Assembly (NCBI RefSeq): GCF_031769215.1
Contig: NW_026782739.1
Location: 62,001 to 126,000, forward strand
Source of the DNA: Ylistrum balloti
Taxonomy: Eukaryota
Direction of reading: 5' to 3'
Length of the DNA: 64,000 nucleotides
The notes beneath the pieces were generated by a model, which saw only the letters and a program-made list of their open reading frames with translations, was not told where the DNA came from and ran no database searches. Below are positions 39,501-50,389 of this stretch, piece after piece; within the stretch, counting starts at the first letter, position 1; each line of letters starts with the position of its first letter. The translations under genes were made by a program, and so were the position numbers.

Positions 39501-42500
39501 GAGGAAGAAACCAGAGTCCTGGGGAAAACCCATGTGGTCAGACAGATGAGGAGGTAACCACAGAATAGGGGAAAACCCATGTGGTCAGACAGATGAGGAA
39601 GAAACTAGAGTTCTGGGGAAAACCCATGTGGTCAGACAGATGAGGAGGTAACCACAGAATAGGGGAAAACCCATGTGGTCAGACAGATGAGGAAGAAACC
39701 AGAGTTCTGGGGAAAACCCATGTGGTCAGACAGCTGAGGAAGAAACCAGAGTTCTGGGGAAAACTCACATGGTCAAGCAGGTGAGGGGGAAACCAGAGAA
39801 CAGTGGAAAACCCACATGGTCAGGCAGGTGAGGGGGAAACCAGAGAACAGGGGAAAACCCTCATGGTCAGGCAGGTGAGGAGGAAACCAGAGAACAGGGG
39901 AAAACCCAAATGGTCAGGCAGGTGAGGGGGAAACCAGAGAACAGGGGAAAACCCACGTGGTCAGGCAGGTGAGGGGGAAACCAGAGAACAGGGGAAAACC
40001 CACATGGTCAGGCAGGTGAGGGGGAAACCAGAGAACCAGGCCAGGGGAAAACCCACATGGTCAGGCAGGTGAAGGGGAAACCAGAGAACAGGGGAAAACC
40101 AATATGGTCAGACAGGTGAGGAGGTAACCCAGAGTACATTGGAAGTCCCATGTGGTCAGACAAGTGAGGAAGAAACCAGAGAACAGAGGAAAACCCACAT
40201 GGTCAGGCAGGTGAGGGGAAACATGAGAACAGGGGAAAACCCACATGGTCAGGCGGGTGAACACCATACCTTTTCACATCTGATTAGGGGATCACACCAG
40301 TCACTTACCTGAAAGACCAGTTTTTTGTCACTGCACCGCCCAACCACCCAAACAAAAATGAAGAATCATGGATCGGATATGTATGTATATGAATACGTCA
40401 CTGTATATATGTGAGATGACAAAGTGTGAATCAATGTTATTATGTTCACATAATATTATGCAGGCGTGTATGGGGTATAAAAATTGTGTATGTGATATGA
40501 ATGTGGAAAACATAGAAAATGAATGTTGCGGCTTGATGTTTGCTTCTTGAAATGTAGAATGTGTGTATGATAGTACAACGGTGATGCCAGCTATTTATTA
40601 ATGATTCCAAGTAGTTACTCAACAGATGACGAAGAATGCATGTTAGTGGATAGGTATGTACGTGTGGGGGCAGCACTATTTATGTGATATATTAAATAAC
40701 CATTGAAAATTAAAACAAAAAATAATTAAAGAATCAAATTAGATAAATGTATCCCAGTTTCGACTGATGTTAGTAGTCAGTCAGCCAATCAAAAGGTGTG
40801 TAATCTCAATATCACAGATTCTTCAAGCAATTTGTTTTCATATTCACTGTTATATCAAACACAGCCAAGCATGAGATGCTGACCTGTTTTTTATCTTTCT
40901 TCAAAGCTTTCTTCTTCATATTCATTTTGATGTTGGCCACACTCCAGTCAAGATCCCATAGCCAAGGATCATGTTTGTACCTGTAACAGTTTACATATAC
41001 AGTGAAACCTCGCATCTTGAAAATATTTTCTTGTTCAGTAAAAGTACATTCTGATAATTAGAAAATGTCTGTAAGACATGAATGCCCCCGCCCCCCATGT
41101 GAAATAATAGTGAAAGGTCTGAAAAAGATGATTTTGTTAATTTGTATGCAACTATGTACAACTTAAGTTTCATACTTAAATTGACAAGTTGATTTAACGT
41201 ACATGAATTTGGAATTTTGTTCTCTGGAAAAAATGAGGGAGTTTATTAGTTCCTTATGCCTTAAAACCCACAAGTACCAAGTTATGTAGAAATAAGATGA
41301 TGTTCCTCTTTTTTGAGTTATCTCCCCCTGGTGGCCATCTTTTTTTAGAATGCCGAGAAATTCACCACTGCATGAGGTCTTTCCATACTTGATATTTGTA
41401 TGAAGTTTCCTTCCGAATGAAGTTGTTAGGTGGTATATACTGATTTGGGACGCGACGCGACGGGACGGGACGGGACAGGACGGGACAGGACGGACGGATA
41501 TGGGCAACGCTATATGCCCCCGGCCATAAATGGCGGGGGCATAAAAAATTGCTATACATTACCAAGCACATGTACAACAAACTTCTACCTATGTGATACA
41601 CTAGAAAATGTCTGTAAGACATGAATGCCCCCGCCCCCCCATGTGAAATAATAGTGAAAGGTCCGAATGAAGTTGTTAGGTGGTATATACTGATTTGGGA
41701 CAGGACGGGACGGGACGGACGGACATGGGCAACGCTATATGCCCCCGGCCATAAATGGCGGGGGCATAATTATCTATCCCCCAATAAGCCCACCCTTGCT
41801 ATTCAGCCCCTTAAAAACCAATGTCTGTTTATCAGAACTACTGACAATAGTTTGATTGGAGTATACAATCCCACCTATTGCATTGTCAAAATCTACAAAT
41901 CAACCCATTCCTGCCAAGTTTACAAACTTCCATTTGTAAAAACAATTAGACCAACATACTCTTGGCTGTGCATAAGATGACATGCCTCATCTGCTAGTTT
42001 CATCAGGAGCAGTTTAAGCTCTCTCTGCAGGTCATTGTAGATGTTGTTGGATTCATCAATGTAGCGTCCCCAGTTCTGATTGACAGGCAGGTAGGAGGTT
42101 CCCATCTCCATCATTCCAGCCATGGTTACAGGATGTGGAAATCTTAAATGTGTTGATACATTCAGAGGTTTACAAAAAAAGATGTAGCACAAGATGTGTT
42201 AATCTTCAATTTAAATTACTCAGGTAGTAAAGAATTAAACGAGATGTTGAATTTGTTAACTTATCTTATGCAAAATTGGAAACAGGAGGCGGAAATCCTC
42301 ATTTTTAAAACTACAACAGATAAGTAGTAACAGACAATTAAAATAGTACACTTCAAAGCATATTGAACAATTCGTCAATCGTCAACAATTTTAACTTGAG
42401 AGATCAACAGACTGAAATGTGAATTCATTTTCTGTCTTGTTAGTTACCTTCTTAAGTACTCAGGATACAATTTCTGAAAAACTTTTGTTGTGGCGACAAC

Positions 42501-45500
42501 ATCACTGGCACAGTATTCCATCAACTCCTGGAATATGCAATGAATAATAGTACTTAAGTATGACTTTCTTTCTCTACATATGCAAGAGGCCTACTGCATG
42601 TGATCCAAACCAATCGGGATATCACAGGGACAAAACTACCAAAGTACAAACCGATCTGTGATCATAGAAAAACTGACCTCAATAAGAACTGAACCAGTCA
42701 TGTCAGATCTTCAACGGACTCTCATGGTCCCCATCTTCACACAATGAAGGAACAAAAGCAGGATGTTTAAAAGGATACTTCTACACATCAACATTAACAA
42801 CCTGTGCTTAGCTCAGTTTTTCTGAATGAAAAGATTCATAATACAACAACCAGATTTAGTTATCAGGCTATAGGGTGTAAAACTCAAATAAACACAAAAA
42901 TATGAATTGACGTATGATGATCTGATTTGGGGGCAAATAAGTACACATTTTGAGCATGGATACAAGAACTCTTTCAAAAATTTAAAATTAATTTGAAATT
43001 TTGTACAAAACTTAAATGAATAATATCCTTTAATATGAAATCAGTTGAAGCTTTTATAGAAGGAAATTCTCAAAATCTTGTGTTTTAACTTTTCCAATTA
43101 ATGGTAAAGAAGCTGTGAATTGCTAAGCTTCTGTAAAAATCTATAAATTTTTTAACAAAATTCTGTGTATAGCTAATACAGCGTGTCTGACTCAAATCAG
43201 GACAAATAACTGATATTCTGAATACTTCTACTTAATCTTTTAGTTAAATCATGAAGCTAAGGTGAATGTTAAGAACTGGTCATCATCAAGCTCATCTATT
43301 CCTTCAACATTTTTCAAATAGATTTAAAATTTTGAATCAGCATGCATTTTCTTTAATCATTGAACTTTAAAATCTATCTTTTGCTTATTCAATCAGATTT
43401 ACATTTAAATTCTTACCAAGTTTCATTTTTGATCCTGGCAGTATTTTCTTAGAAAAAGTTTACCAACAACGTTTGTCAGACAGTTTGCCTATATAATGTA
43501 TACTGGAATATGGGCTTAAATAATTGTAACATATAATAACTTAGAGTCGATCAAATGACAGATCAATCAAGCTGTATCGTTTGGACAGGATGTTAAAGCT
43601 GAATCTATCACCTTTATTTAATCTCGAAGTTACCTTGGATCCTTCACATACCTACAGTACTATTACCTTGGATCCTCTGCCAACCTACAGCACTATTACC
43701 TTGGATCCTCCACCAACCTACAGCACTATTACCTTGGATCCTCCGCCAACCTACAGCACTATTACCTTGGATCCTCTGCCAACCTACAGCACTATTACCT
43801 TGGATCCTCCGCCAACCTACAGCACTATTACCTTGGATCCTCCACCAACCTACAGCACTATTACCTTGGATCCTCCGCCAACCTACAGCACTATTACTTT
43901 GGATCTTCTGCCAACCTACAGCACTATTACCTTGGATCCTCTGCCAACCTACAGCACTATTACTTTGGATCTTCTGCCAACCTACAGCACTATTACCTTG
44001 GATCCTCCGCCAACCTACAGCACTATCATAGCCTACCACATCGCTATACCTACACAGCTATCCCTGTATACTTCAAACCAAGCCTTAAAAATATATTTCT
44101 TTCAAATATAAGTCTAGTGCTTGCCATGACGATGATGAACCACAAACATATGTGAAATTCTTCCATAAATCAGTTGCAATATCATTTATATGCAACTTTA
44201 AGTCATGCACGTTAGATCAGACATGTAAGGCATGTGACATTCACTGATAATTTGAATACATTTTGTTTGTATAACAGGATATGATGAATCTCGTATAACC
44301 AGAAGTCAACCTGGTGAAAAAGTTCAGTAAGCCTTATACACTGTACCTGAAATTGTGATCGCACATCTTGCATCGTCCCCTTCACAAAAACGTCCCTGGT
44401 CTCTTTCTTCAAGTCATCTCCACCAACATGAAGTTTATGGACATCGTTTAAGTTGTTTAGTGTGCTGACCATCTTCCACTCATCTTCCACCTAAGATTAC
44501 AAACTTGTTAGGAAATATTCTATCTTTTACCTCCTATCCGTGATTAGAGTTAAGGGTATATAAACACTCCCTATAGTTTCATGTTTTACACTATATAAGA
44601 AATTGTCAGAATGTTTAAGAAGACTTTTGATAGGATTATTCAATTTGAACCCATCTGTCTGCCATTGTGGAATACCAAGTAAAGAAGTCATATGGTTATT
44701 CCATCACCCTGGCTTCTACTTTATTCTCAAAACATACTAATCATGAAAGCCAGATTTCAGGACATCTACATTGCATAACCAATCAACATCACTTTTTTCT
44801 TACCTCCCATTTACTATATAATGAATAAAGCAAGTTTCCTCTGTGAAGTGTTTGCTATAGATTTGATAGAATGTGATGCGTTTTAGGTAAACATTTCACT
44901 CAATTTAGGGCAGAACTTCAACGTCAAGTCAATATTGAGTCATAACAACCTATCCTGGCATGCAATATGTTCATTTAACTAGATACAGCCATTTTGACTT
45001 AGTATCATTCAGAAACACTTGCTCTAAGTCTACGAGTCAGTTTGAAGTCAAATTTCTTCAACTTCAACAGAAATTTCCAACGGATTATGGTACTGTAAAA
45101 TTTTATTTCATAATCAAACTTTGAAGAAAATTTAAGAAAATTTCTGTGGAGTGATGATCATGGTGGTTGTCTGAATCTTCAAAACAACAACAAAATGAAG
45201 GCCATTATTACAAAACCAGGCTCAGCAATGCATTCATAGATTTTGAAATACAATTCAATCATTACTTCTTAACATACCTGCATCTGTTATGTGTGGGCAG
45301 TATGTTTTCGTAGTTTGGTAGCTATACTAACCTGCATATGTTTGGTGCGGGCTGTGTGTTCGCGTACTTCCTTTCGTTGGCTGCCTTTATTTGTTGCCTG
45401 GTACAGAATTCTCTGGTATGTTGTCTGGCCACAAATAGCAATGTGCATTGACATAGTGTCCAAAAACCGAAGTTTTGATTTCTGTCAAAAACAAAATTTA

Positions 45501-48355
45501 AAAGAAAGATGCTTCGAGTCAATGTTTTAGATTTCATCTTATTTTTATATATTACGGTAGACCGTTCAGGTAAAATAAGTCCAAATATCCCGATAGATTC
45601 AGAGAATACCTATGTGTGATTATCATTAAGCCACTACACATCAATGAAGCAAACTTACTACTTTTATCCTGTATGAAGGCCACTGCATTACTTTTAATTA
45701 AAATTGGAGTTGGTCAATCAAATGACATTTGTTGGTTTATCTACTGAAACTAATTACAAGATATTGGTGGATTTAGTACCAGTCATGGGCTTATTGTATG
45801 ACATAGAATTATAACCACACAAGCTAATTACCAGATATAGACTTATTATCTGCCATAGGCTTATTACCAGTCATATGCTTATTATCAGACATGTGCTTAT
45901 TTACCAGGCATTGGTTTATTACAAGGCATAGAATAATTAACAGATAGAGGCTTATAACCAGACATGGTCTTATTACCAGATATAGAATAATTACAAGGCA
46001 TGGGCTTATTACCAGATATGGACATATTATCAGATATATAATTATCACCAGAAATGGGCTTATTACCAGACATAGACTTATTACCAGACATGAGCTCATC
46101 ACCAGAAAAATACATTACAGTTCCTGTAGTTTTAAATATACACCGTTCCAGCATACCTCTATGTAATACTGCTCTCTCACATATGATCTATCAAAGCCAA
46201 CATTGTGACCAATGACGAGTCGTTGTGGCCATTCCTTTGGAGACTGACCATTGACACCAGGTTCAGACTCGAGAGGGATAAGGTCCGACAGATTTGGCAC
46301 TTTGGTCCAACGGTAACGGTCCTTCAACACTAAGTCACTACACCAGGAATACCTAAATAATAGAAAAAGGTATGTAATAATGTTGTTACAATGTACTATT
46401 TACAACAAAGCAAGGATAAAATCAGCTGGATTATTTTCATAATTTTCATAATATATTAATCCATTGTTACATCAATCTCGGGAAAGATCTTTATTTAACA
46501 TAATATTGGTCTTCATGTTTAGTATCAAGAGATCATTTCAATAGTCTCTTTTTTCACTGTTAATCTTTAAAAAAGGAAAGAAAAAAAATCTTTATATGGC
46601 ACATTAAAAAAACAAAAAATGTGGTAAATGTAAAACTTGATTGACATAACACGACCCACTTTGAGACCGTGGTAACACAATAAATAGAACAGCTGATTCT
46701 GCAACCTCAGGCCAAGATTTTAGGTGTACAGTAGATCATTCTAGATTTCATACAGCAGACCTCTTAAATGATATTCAGTTAGGTAACCATCGTGTATTTA
46801 ATGGAGTCCCAACCTCTAAAAAAATACTGTAGACTGTCAAACAATTATTTGCCCTATATAACTGTAAGACAGTCTACTATTTTAGTGACTACCCAATATT
46901 CAGCCCTATATAATTGTAAGACAATCCACTATCATAGTGACTACCCAATATTCAGCCCTATATAATTGTAAGACAATCCACTATTATAGTGACAACCCAA
47001 TATTCAGTCCTATATACGTGTAATTGTAAGACAATCCATTATCATAGTGACTACCCAATATTGAGTCCTATATAACTGTAAGACAGTCTACTATCATAGT
47101 GACTACCCAATATTGAGTCCTATATAACTGTAAGACAGTCTACTATCATAGTGACTACCCAATATTCAGCCCTATATAATTGTAAGACAATCCACTATTA
47201 TAGTGACAACCCAATATTCAGTCCTATATACGTGTAATTGTAAGACAATCCATTATCATAGTGACTACCCAATGTTGAGTCCTATATAACTGTAAGACAG
47301 TCTACTATCATAGTGACTACCCAATATTGAGTCCTATATAACTGTAAGACAGTCTACTATCATAGTGACTACCCAATATTCAGCCCTATATAATTGTAAG
47401 ACAATCCACTATTATAGTGACAACCCAATATTCAGTCCTATATACGTGTAATTGTAAGACAATCCATTATCATAGTGACTACCCAATGTTGAGTCCTATA
47501 TAACTGTAAGACAGTCTACTATCATAGTGACTACCCAATATTCAGCCCTATATAATTGTAAGACAATCCACTATTATAGTGACTACCCAATATTTCAGTG
47601 ACATCACCCACTATTATCATCATTTATCAATGTTACAGGACTTGCTATTTCAATGTTTTAGAGACCAATATCACAATGACTTACCAATGTCTAGGGGATA
47701 CAGCAGTAGCCATGGTTGGGTAATTTCCTTCTGGAACTAGGACTTCTACATCAAATATAAGGATGTTCTCTTCAGGGATGTCAACTTTCACTGCCTTGCC
47801 AGTATCACTGTCATATTTTGTCCAGCCTGATGACATTAACCAGGTCTCAGGTTTAGGAGGAAATCTGAAGTTAGGGTTAGCTATAAGACTGGCCAATTCG
47901 TGGTATCCTTCCACCTGCTGTCGAGCTAGATTTTCCATATGTTCTGCTATATTATCACCTTTCAACTCAGGGATCTTAAGATCAATATCTGGTAAAATTG
48001 TAGACTCTCTTCCCCATAAATCGTGATCAGACAAATGTTTTTTTACCTTCTTCATAACAGGAGAGGCATTACCATTTTCATTATCCACAGAATGTTGTTC
48101 AACTTCTTTACCAAACAGTTGTTCACGAAGGCTAGGAGATAACATTTGAATACCAATCTCATTTTTCCTAATAGTCTCATGATCATTGCACAAATTTGTG
48201 TTTCCCACATGTAATGGTCTACAAGGGTTGAAATGGAAAGTTTGTCTTTTAACCTTTGATCCCCAGTGTTTCCCCAGTGACCTGTGTTTTTGTTTACAAA
48301 GGGTGAGGTGGACCTGACCCATCAATGATGGGACCATTTTCTGTGTACCCTGCAT
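22789..48355 (-). CDS. POLG: DNA polymerase gamma catalytic subunit (mitochondrial), 22 coding exons, ~1185 aa
   Basis: Exons reconstructed by hand, all with GT-AG boundaries and consistent phase: 48355-47685, 46352-46157, 45481-45332, 44490-44347, 42527-42448, 42142-41960, 40980-40884, 38597-38500, 36906-36667, 36084-35889, 34106-34041, 33887-33730, 31804-31751, 30356-30239, 29851-29719, 29285-29179, 28728-28592, 27438-27373, 25756-25642, 23960-23709, 23350-23233, 22967-22789 (3558 nt including stop). Motifs: ExoI FDVEV, Exo[11 protein letters not shown], ExoIII YCASDV, Pol[11 protein letters not shown], Pol[17 protein letters not shown], PolC SIHDEVRY, plus [21 protein letters not shown]. 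The first 57 residues lack D/E and are K/R/H-rich, consistent with a mitochondrial presequence. The exact start (M1, M7 or M12) is uncertain. Confidence 0.97.
24902..25579. repeat. 28-bp minisatellite (~24 copies), POLG intron
   Basis: Monomer ATCTAATGTGCTGACTGAAGAGGAGGTC. Confidence 0.95.
27741..28037. repeat. 37-bp minisatellite (~8 copies), POLG intron
   Basis: Monomer GTGAAGGTCTGATATTGTGCTGTGGATCACACAATAG. Confidence 0.9.
28887..28942. repeat. (CA)n/(TA)n microsatellite
   Basis: Directly visible. Confidence 0.95.
29625..29711. repeat. 36-bp tandem repeat (2.4 copies) next to a POLG splice donor
   Basis: AAACATGCAGAGCTTTAATTAAACAGACTTTATCAG repeated. Confidence 0.9.
31858..32545 (+). 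mobile_element. HINE-like remnant with degenerate internal repeats
   Basis: AACAAGAG start and recurring blocks (TGGTACA..CAT.GTCT..ATGA.CAA..CACCAAGTTTCAT). Related blocks occur at ~25790-26170. Confidence 0.4.
32590..33120. repeat. 47-bp minisatellite (~11 copies), POLG intron
   Basis: Monomer GTTGAGTATAGAGCCAAACTTTATACAAAGTAACAGTTTTGTGTCCT. Confidence 0.95.
33178..33592 (+). mobile_element. Helentron-associated non-autonomous element (HINE)
   Basis: 5' AACAAGAGGCCCATGGGCC with subTIR GGTCATCTGAC, a GGAC-type microsatellite near the 3' end, a 3' hairpin GGTCATCTTGACCCTTTGGGTCAGATGACC (33556-33585), then an A run. Confidence 0.7.
34272..35297. repeat. 42-bp minisatellite (~24 copies), POLG intron
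   Basis: Monomer ACAGATATAGGCTTGTTCACAATCCTACACAACAGCACATGT; produces spurious 342/343-aa ORFs on both strands. Confidence 0.95.
36487..36533. repeat. (TTTA)n microsatellite
   Basis: Directly visible. Confidence 0.9.
39400..40350 (-). mobile_element. V-domain SINE whose core is tandemly amplified as a 47-bp minisatellite (~17 copies)
   Basis: Monomer GGAGGAAACCAGAGAACAGGGGAAAACCCACATGGTCAGGCAGGTGA aligns with 59261-59308 of the intact SINE. The array is flanked by a degenerate SINE head (40260-40350) and the downstream GTCTTATTG segment (~39406). Confidence 0.8.
41057..41549 (+). mobile_element. HINE element
   Basis: 5' subTIR ATGCCCCCGCC, a (CGGGA/GGAC)n microsatellite at ~41450-41497, and a 3' hairpin ATGCCCCCGGCCATAAATGGCGGGGGCAT followed by an A run. 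Confidence 0.7.
41600..41769 (+). mobile_element. Internally deleted copy of the adjacent HINE element
   Basis: Near-identical 5' (TAGAAAATGTCTGTAAGACATGAATGCCCCCG) and 3' segments to 41057-41549, joined at GAAAGGTC|CGAATGAAG. Confidence 0.7.
43630..44028. repeat. 33-bp minisatellite (~12 copies), POLG intron
   Basis: Monomer ACCTACAGCACTATTACCTTGGATCCTCCGCCA. Confidence 0.95.
45825..46095. repeat. Degenerate ~20-bp tandem repeat, POLG intron
   Basis: Recurring GGCTTATTACCAGACAT-like units. Confidence 0.75.
46850..47595. repeat. 52/58-bp minisatellite with a 214-bp higher-order unit, first coding intron of POLG
   Basis: Monomer CCTATATAACTGTAAGACAGTCTACTATCATAGTGACTACCCAATATTCAGC; the same variant block recurs at 46953, 47167 and 47381. 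Confidence 0.93.
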
Positions 48356-50389
48356 GCTGCCTGGTCAGATCAGCTGGCTGTATTTACAGCCATCTTAGCG
48401 CTGTTAAGTTCAGACTAATACACATCTAGACAGATCAGTTCAGAGAACTACCCATACATAGCGGATCAGTTCAGACACCTGGTCACTTAAGTACTGGTCA
48501 GTATATCTAAATAAACAAAGGAAATATTTTATCAACAGATATACATATTTGTCAGATATAAATATAAATCTTAAAAAGTACACTTAACATTTGATATACC
48601 TTTATATACTAATGTGAATGTTCTAATATGAGTTGTAAAAGTTGAGTACATGCGAGATAAATTACTAGCTTCAGCTTGCATTGCGAGACATTTCCTTCAG
48701 ACTAGTTACATCAATGTAACGAGGCATATTGACACTGTATCTGTTGCTAAATTCATATTATTTTTTCTCTTTAGTAATCAATGAAGTATGACTAGATACT
48801 GAACTTTTGGTTGAGGTACAATGTATAATGCAGTAATAATCTTTAGCCAGCTAGTATATAGGTACAATGTATTATAGTATTATAGTTCATGTAAAACAAA
48901 GCACATCCAGATACATGCTGAGGTCTAACATGTAAAAGGTACATAATGGGCATGAGTAATGTATTGGATATATCACAAAAGTCAGAAGGACAAGTGTAAC
49001 ATATCTGATACATTACAAGTGTCAATTAAGTATCTGTTTTATCCAATGACCACCGAGGTTTTCTCATCCACGTGCCATGGGGCTGAGCTTGTTCGAAATC
49101 TTTCCTATGTCTTTGTTTATCTGTCTCACCCACTTGGAAATGGGCACCATCTCCCTAATGAGGTGTGGACCATTCAGAGAGAACCATGCAATATTATAGA
49201 TATCACATATGTGATATCTGATATATCGCTTGGTATGAGATTTATCACCAGGAAAAGATCAAAGAAAAACCAAGGCGTCATTGGATAATAATTAGGTTAC
49301 TGAAATGAATGCATTAAACAAAGTCTGTGTGACATGTGTAGGGTGTTTATCGGTTAGTTGTACTTTACATGACAGGAAAATAAAGTAGATACCGGAAGAT
49401 GGGTTTATCCCTTACTTCGTTTACTATATCAAGCCCAGTAGGGCTACGTGGGCTCATATATGAAACATTATATTAACCATAGAATGTGGATTATCAGGGA
49501 CCAAGGGCTTATAAGGCTTCCATAGGAAACCTGCTTACACTGGTTAGGCCTTAGGAGCATGTGGTCTTCTGGTACTAATATTAGGAAGCATGTATGTGCT
49601 GTTAAACATGTACTCTGTAGGCAGGGTTTAGGTACGTTTACATTGGAATACTTTACAGTTAGTGGTTTGTATGTATTGGAGATCCTTGTTGAATTATTTG
49701 ATGCATCTATATTTCCGATACATCCTAGTGATCGAACCGTGATTAAAAAGACTGTAACCTTGAATGGGAGGTCCAGATCTAGAGGGGACTACGTATACTG
49801 TGACAACTGGTGACTTTTGTACAGGGAAGAAGCTATACAATCATAACCAGCAATTAACAGAAGTGCCAGCCACTCTCTGGACACATGTGCCCAATGTGGT
49901 GTGTGTGTGGCTCTGGACACATGTGCCCAGTGTGGTGTGTGCGTGGCCGGAGCACACCTGTCTGGGAGGTGTTGAGACAAGTATTATATTCAGGCACCTG
50001 AGGAGCAATTTCTTATACAACTTTATATTGGACTACACTGAATAAGGACGATCCCTCTTAAACGGAGGGAAGTAATAAAATCATGACCTTTTTAGGCTTT
50101 GCTTTGTTTCTTGGAGTTATATATCTTAGTCAGTGTTTTCTCTTTTTTTTTAACAATATTTTATATTGTCAGACATTAAAATAACTGTTCTCGTGCGTTT
50201 TAGAGACCAACTTTCGGTTTACTGAGGTGATAATTCAGAACGAAGGTGTCAGGGTATGACACTTTTTGTACCAGACAGATACGGTGCTACTCATTCTTGA
50301 AATCGCGAACGTTATTCGAACACATTGCAGCGAAACTGCTAATGTGCGTATTGATATAGACTTAACATTTCTCATCGCAAGGTCCTCAC

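Noticed and set aside
43581-44111. Mucin-like [11 protein letters not shown] repeat ORF
   Set aside because: 33-bp intronic minisatellite; open on both strands, with no splice or promoter support.
48053-48393. POLGARF-like overlapping frame: the MAVNTAS uORF frame continues through two TGA codons into an 89-codon stop-free stretch overlapping POLG residues 12-101
   Set aside because: It needs two readthrough events, lies in the +1 frame whereas mammalian POLGARF is reported in the -1 frame, and TGA-bounded +1 frames arise readily from ATG-A codon pairs.
49500-50060. GC-richer segment with short ORFs and a small direct repeat upstream of POLG
   Set aside because: No recognisable protein motif or terminal structure; probably an unclassified repeat remnant.
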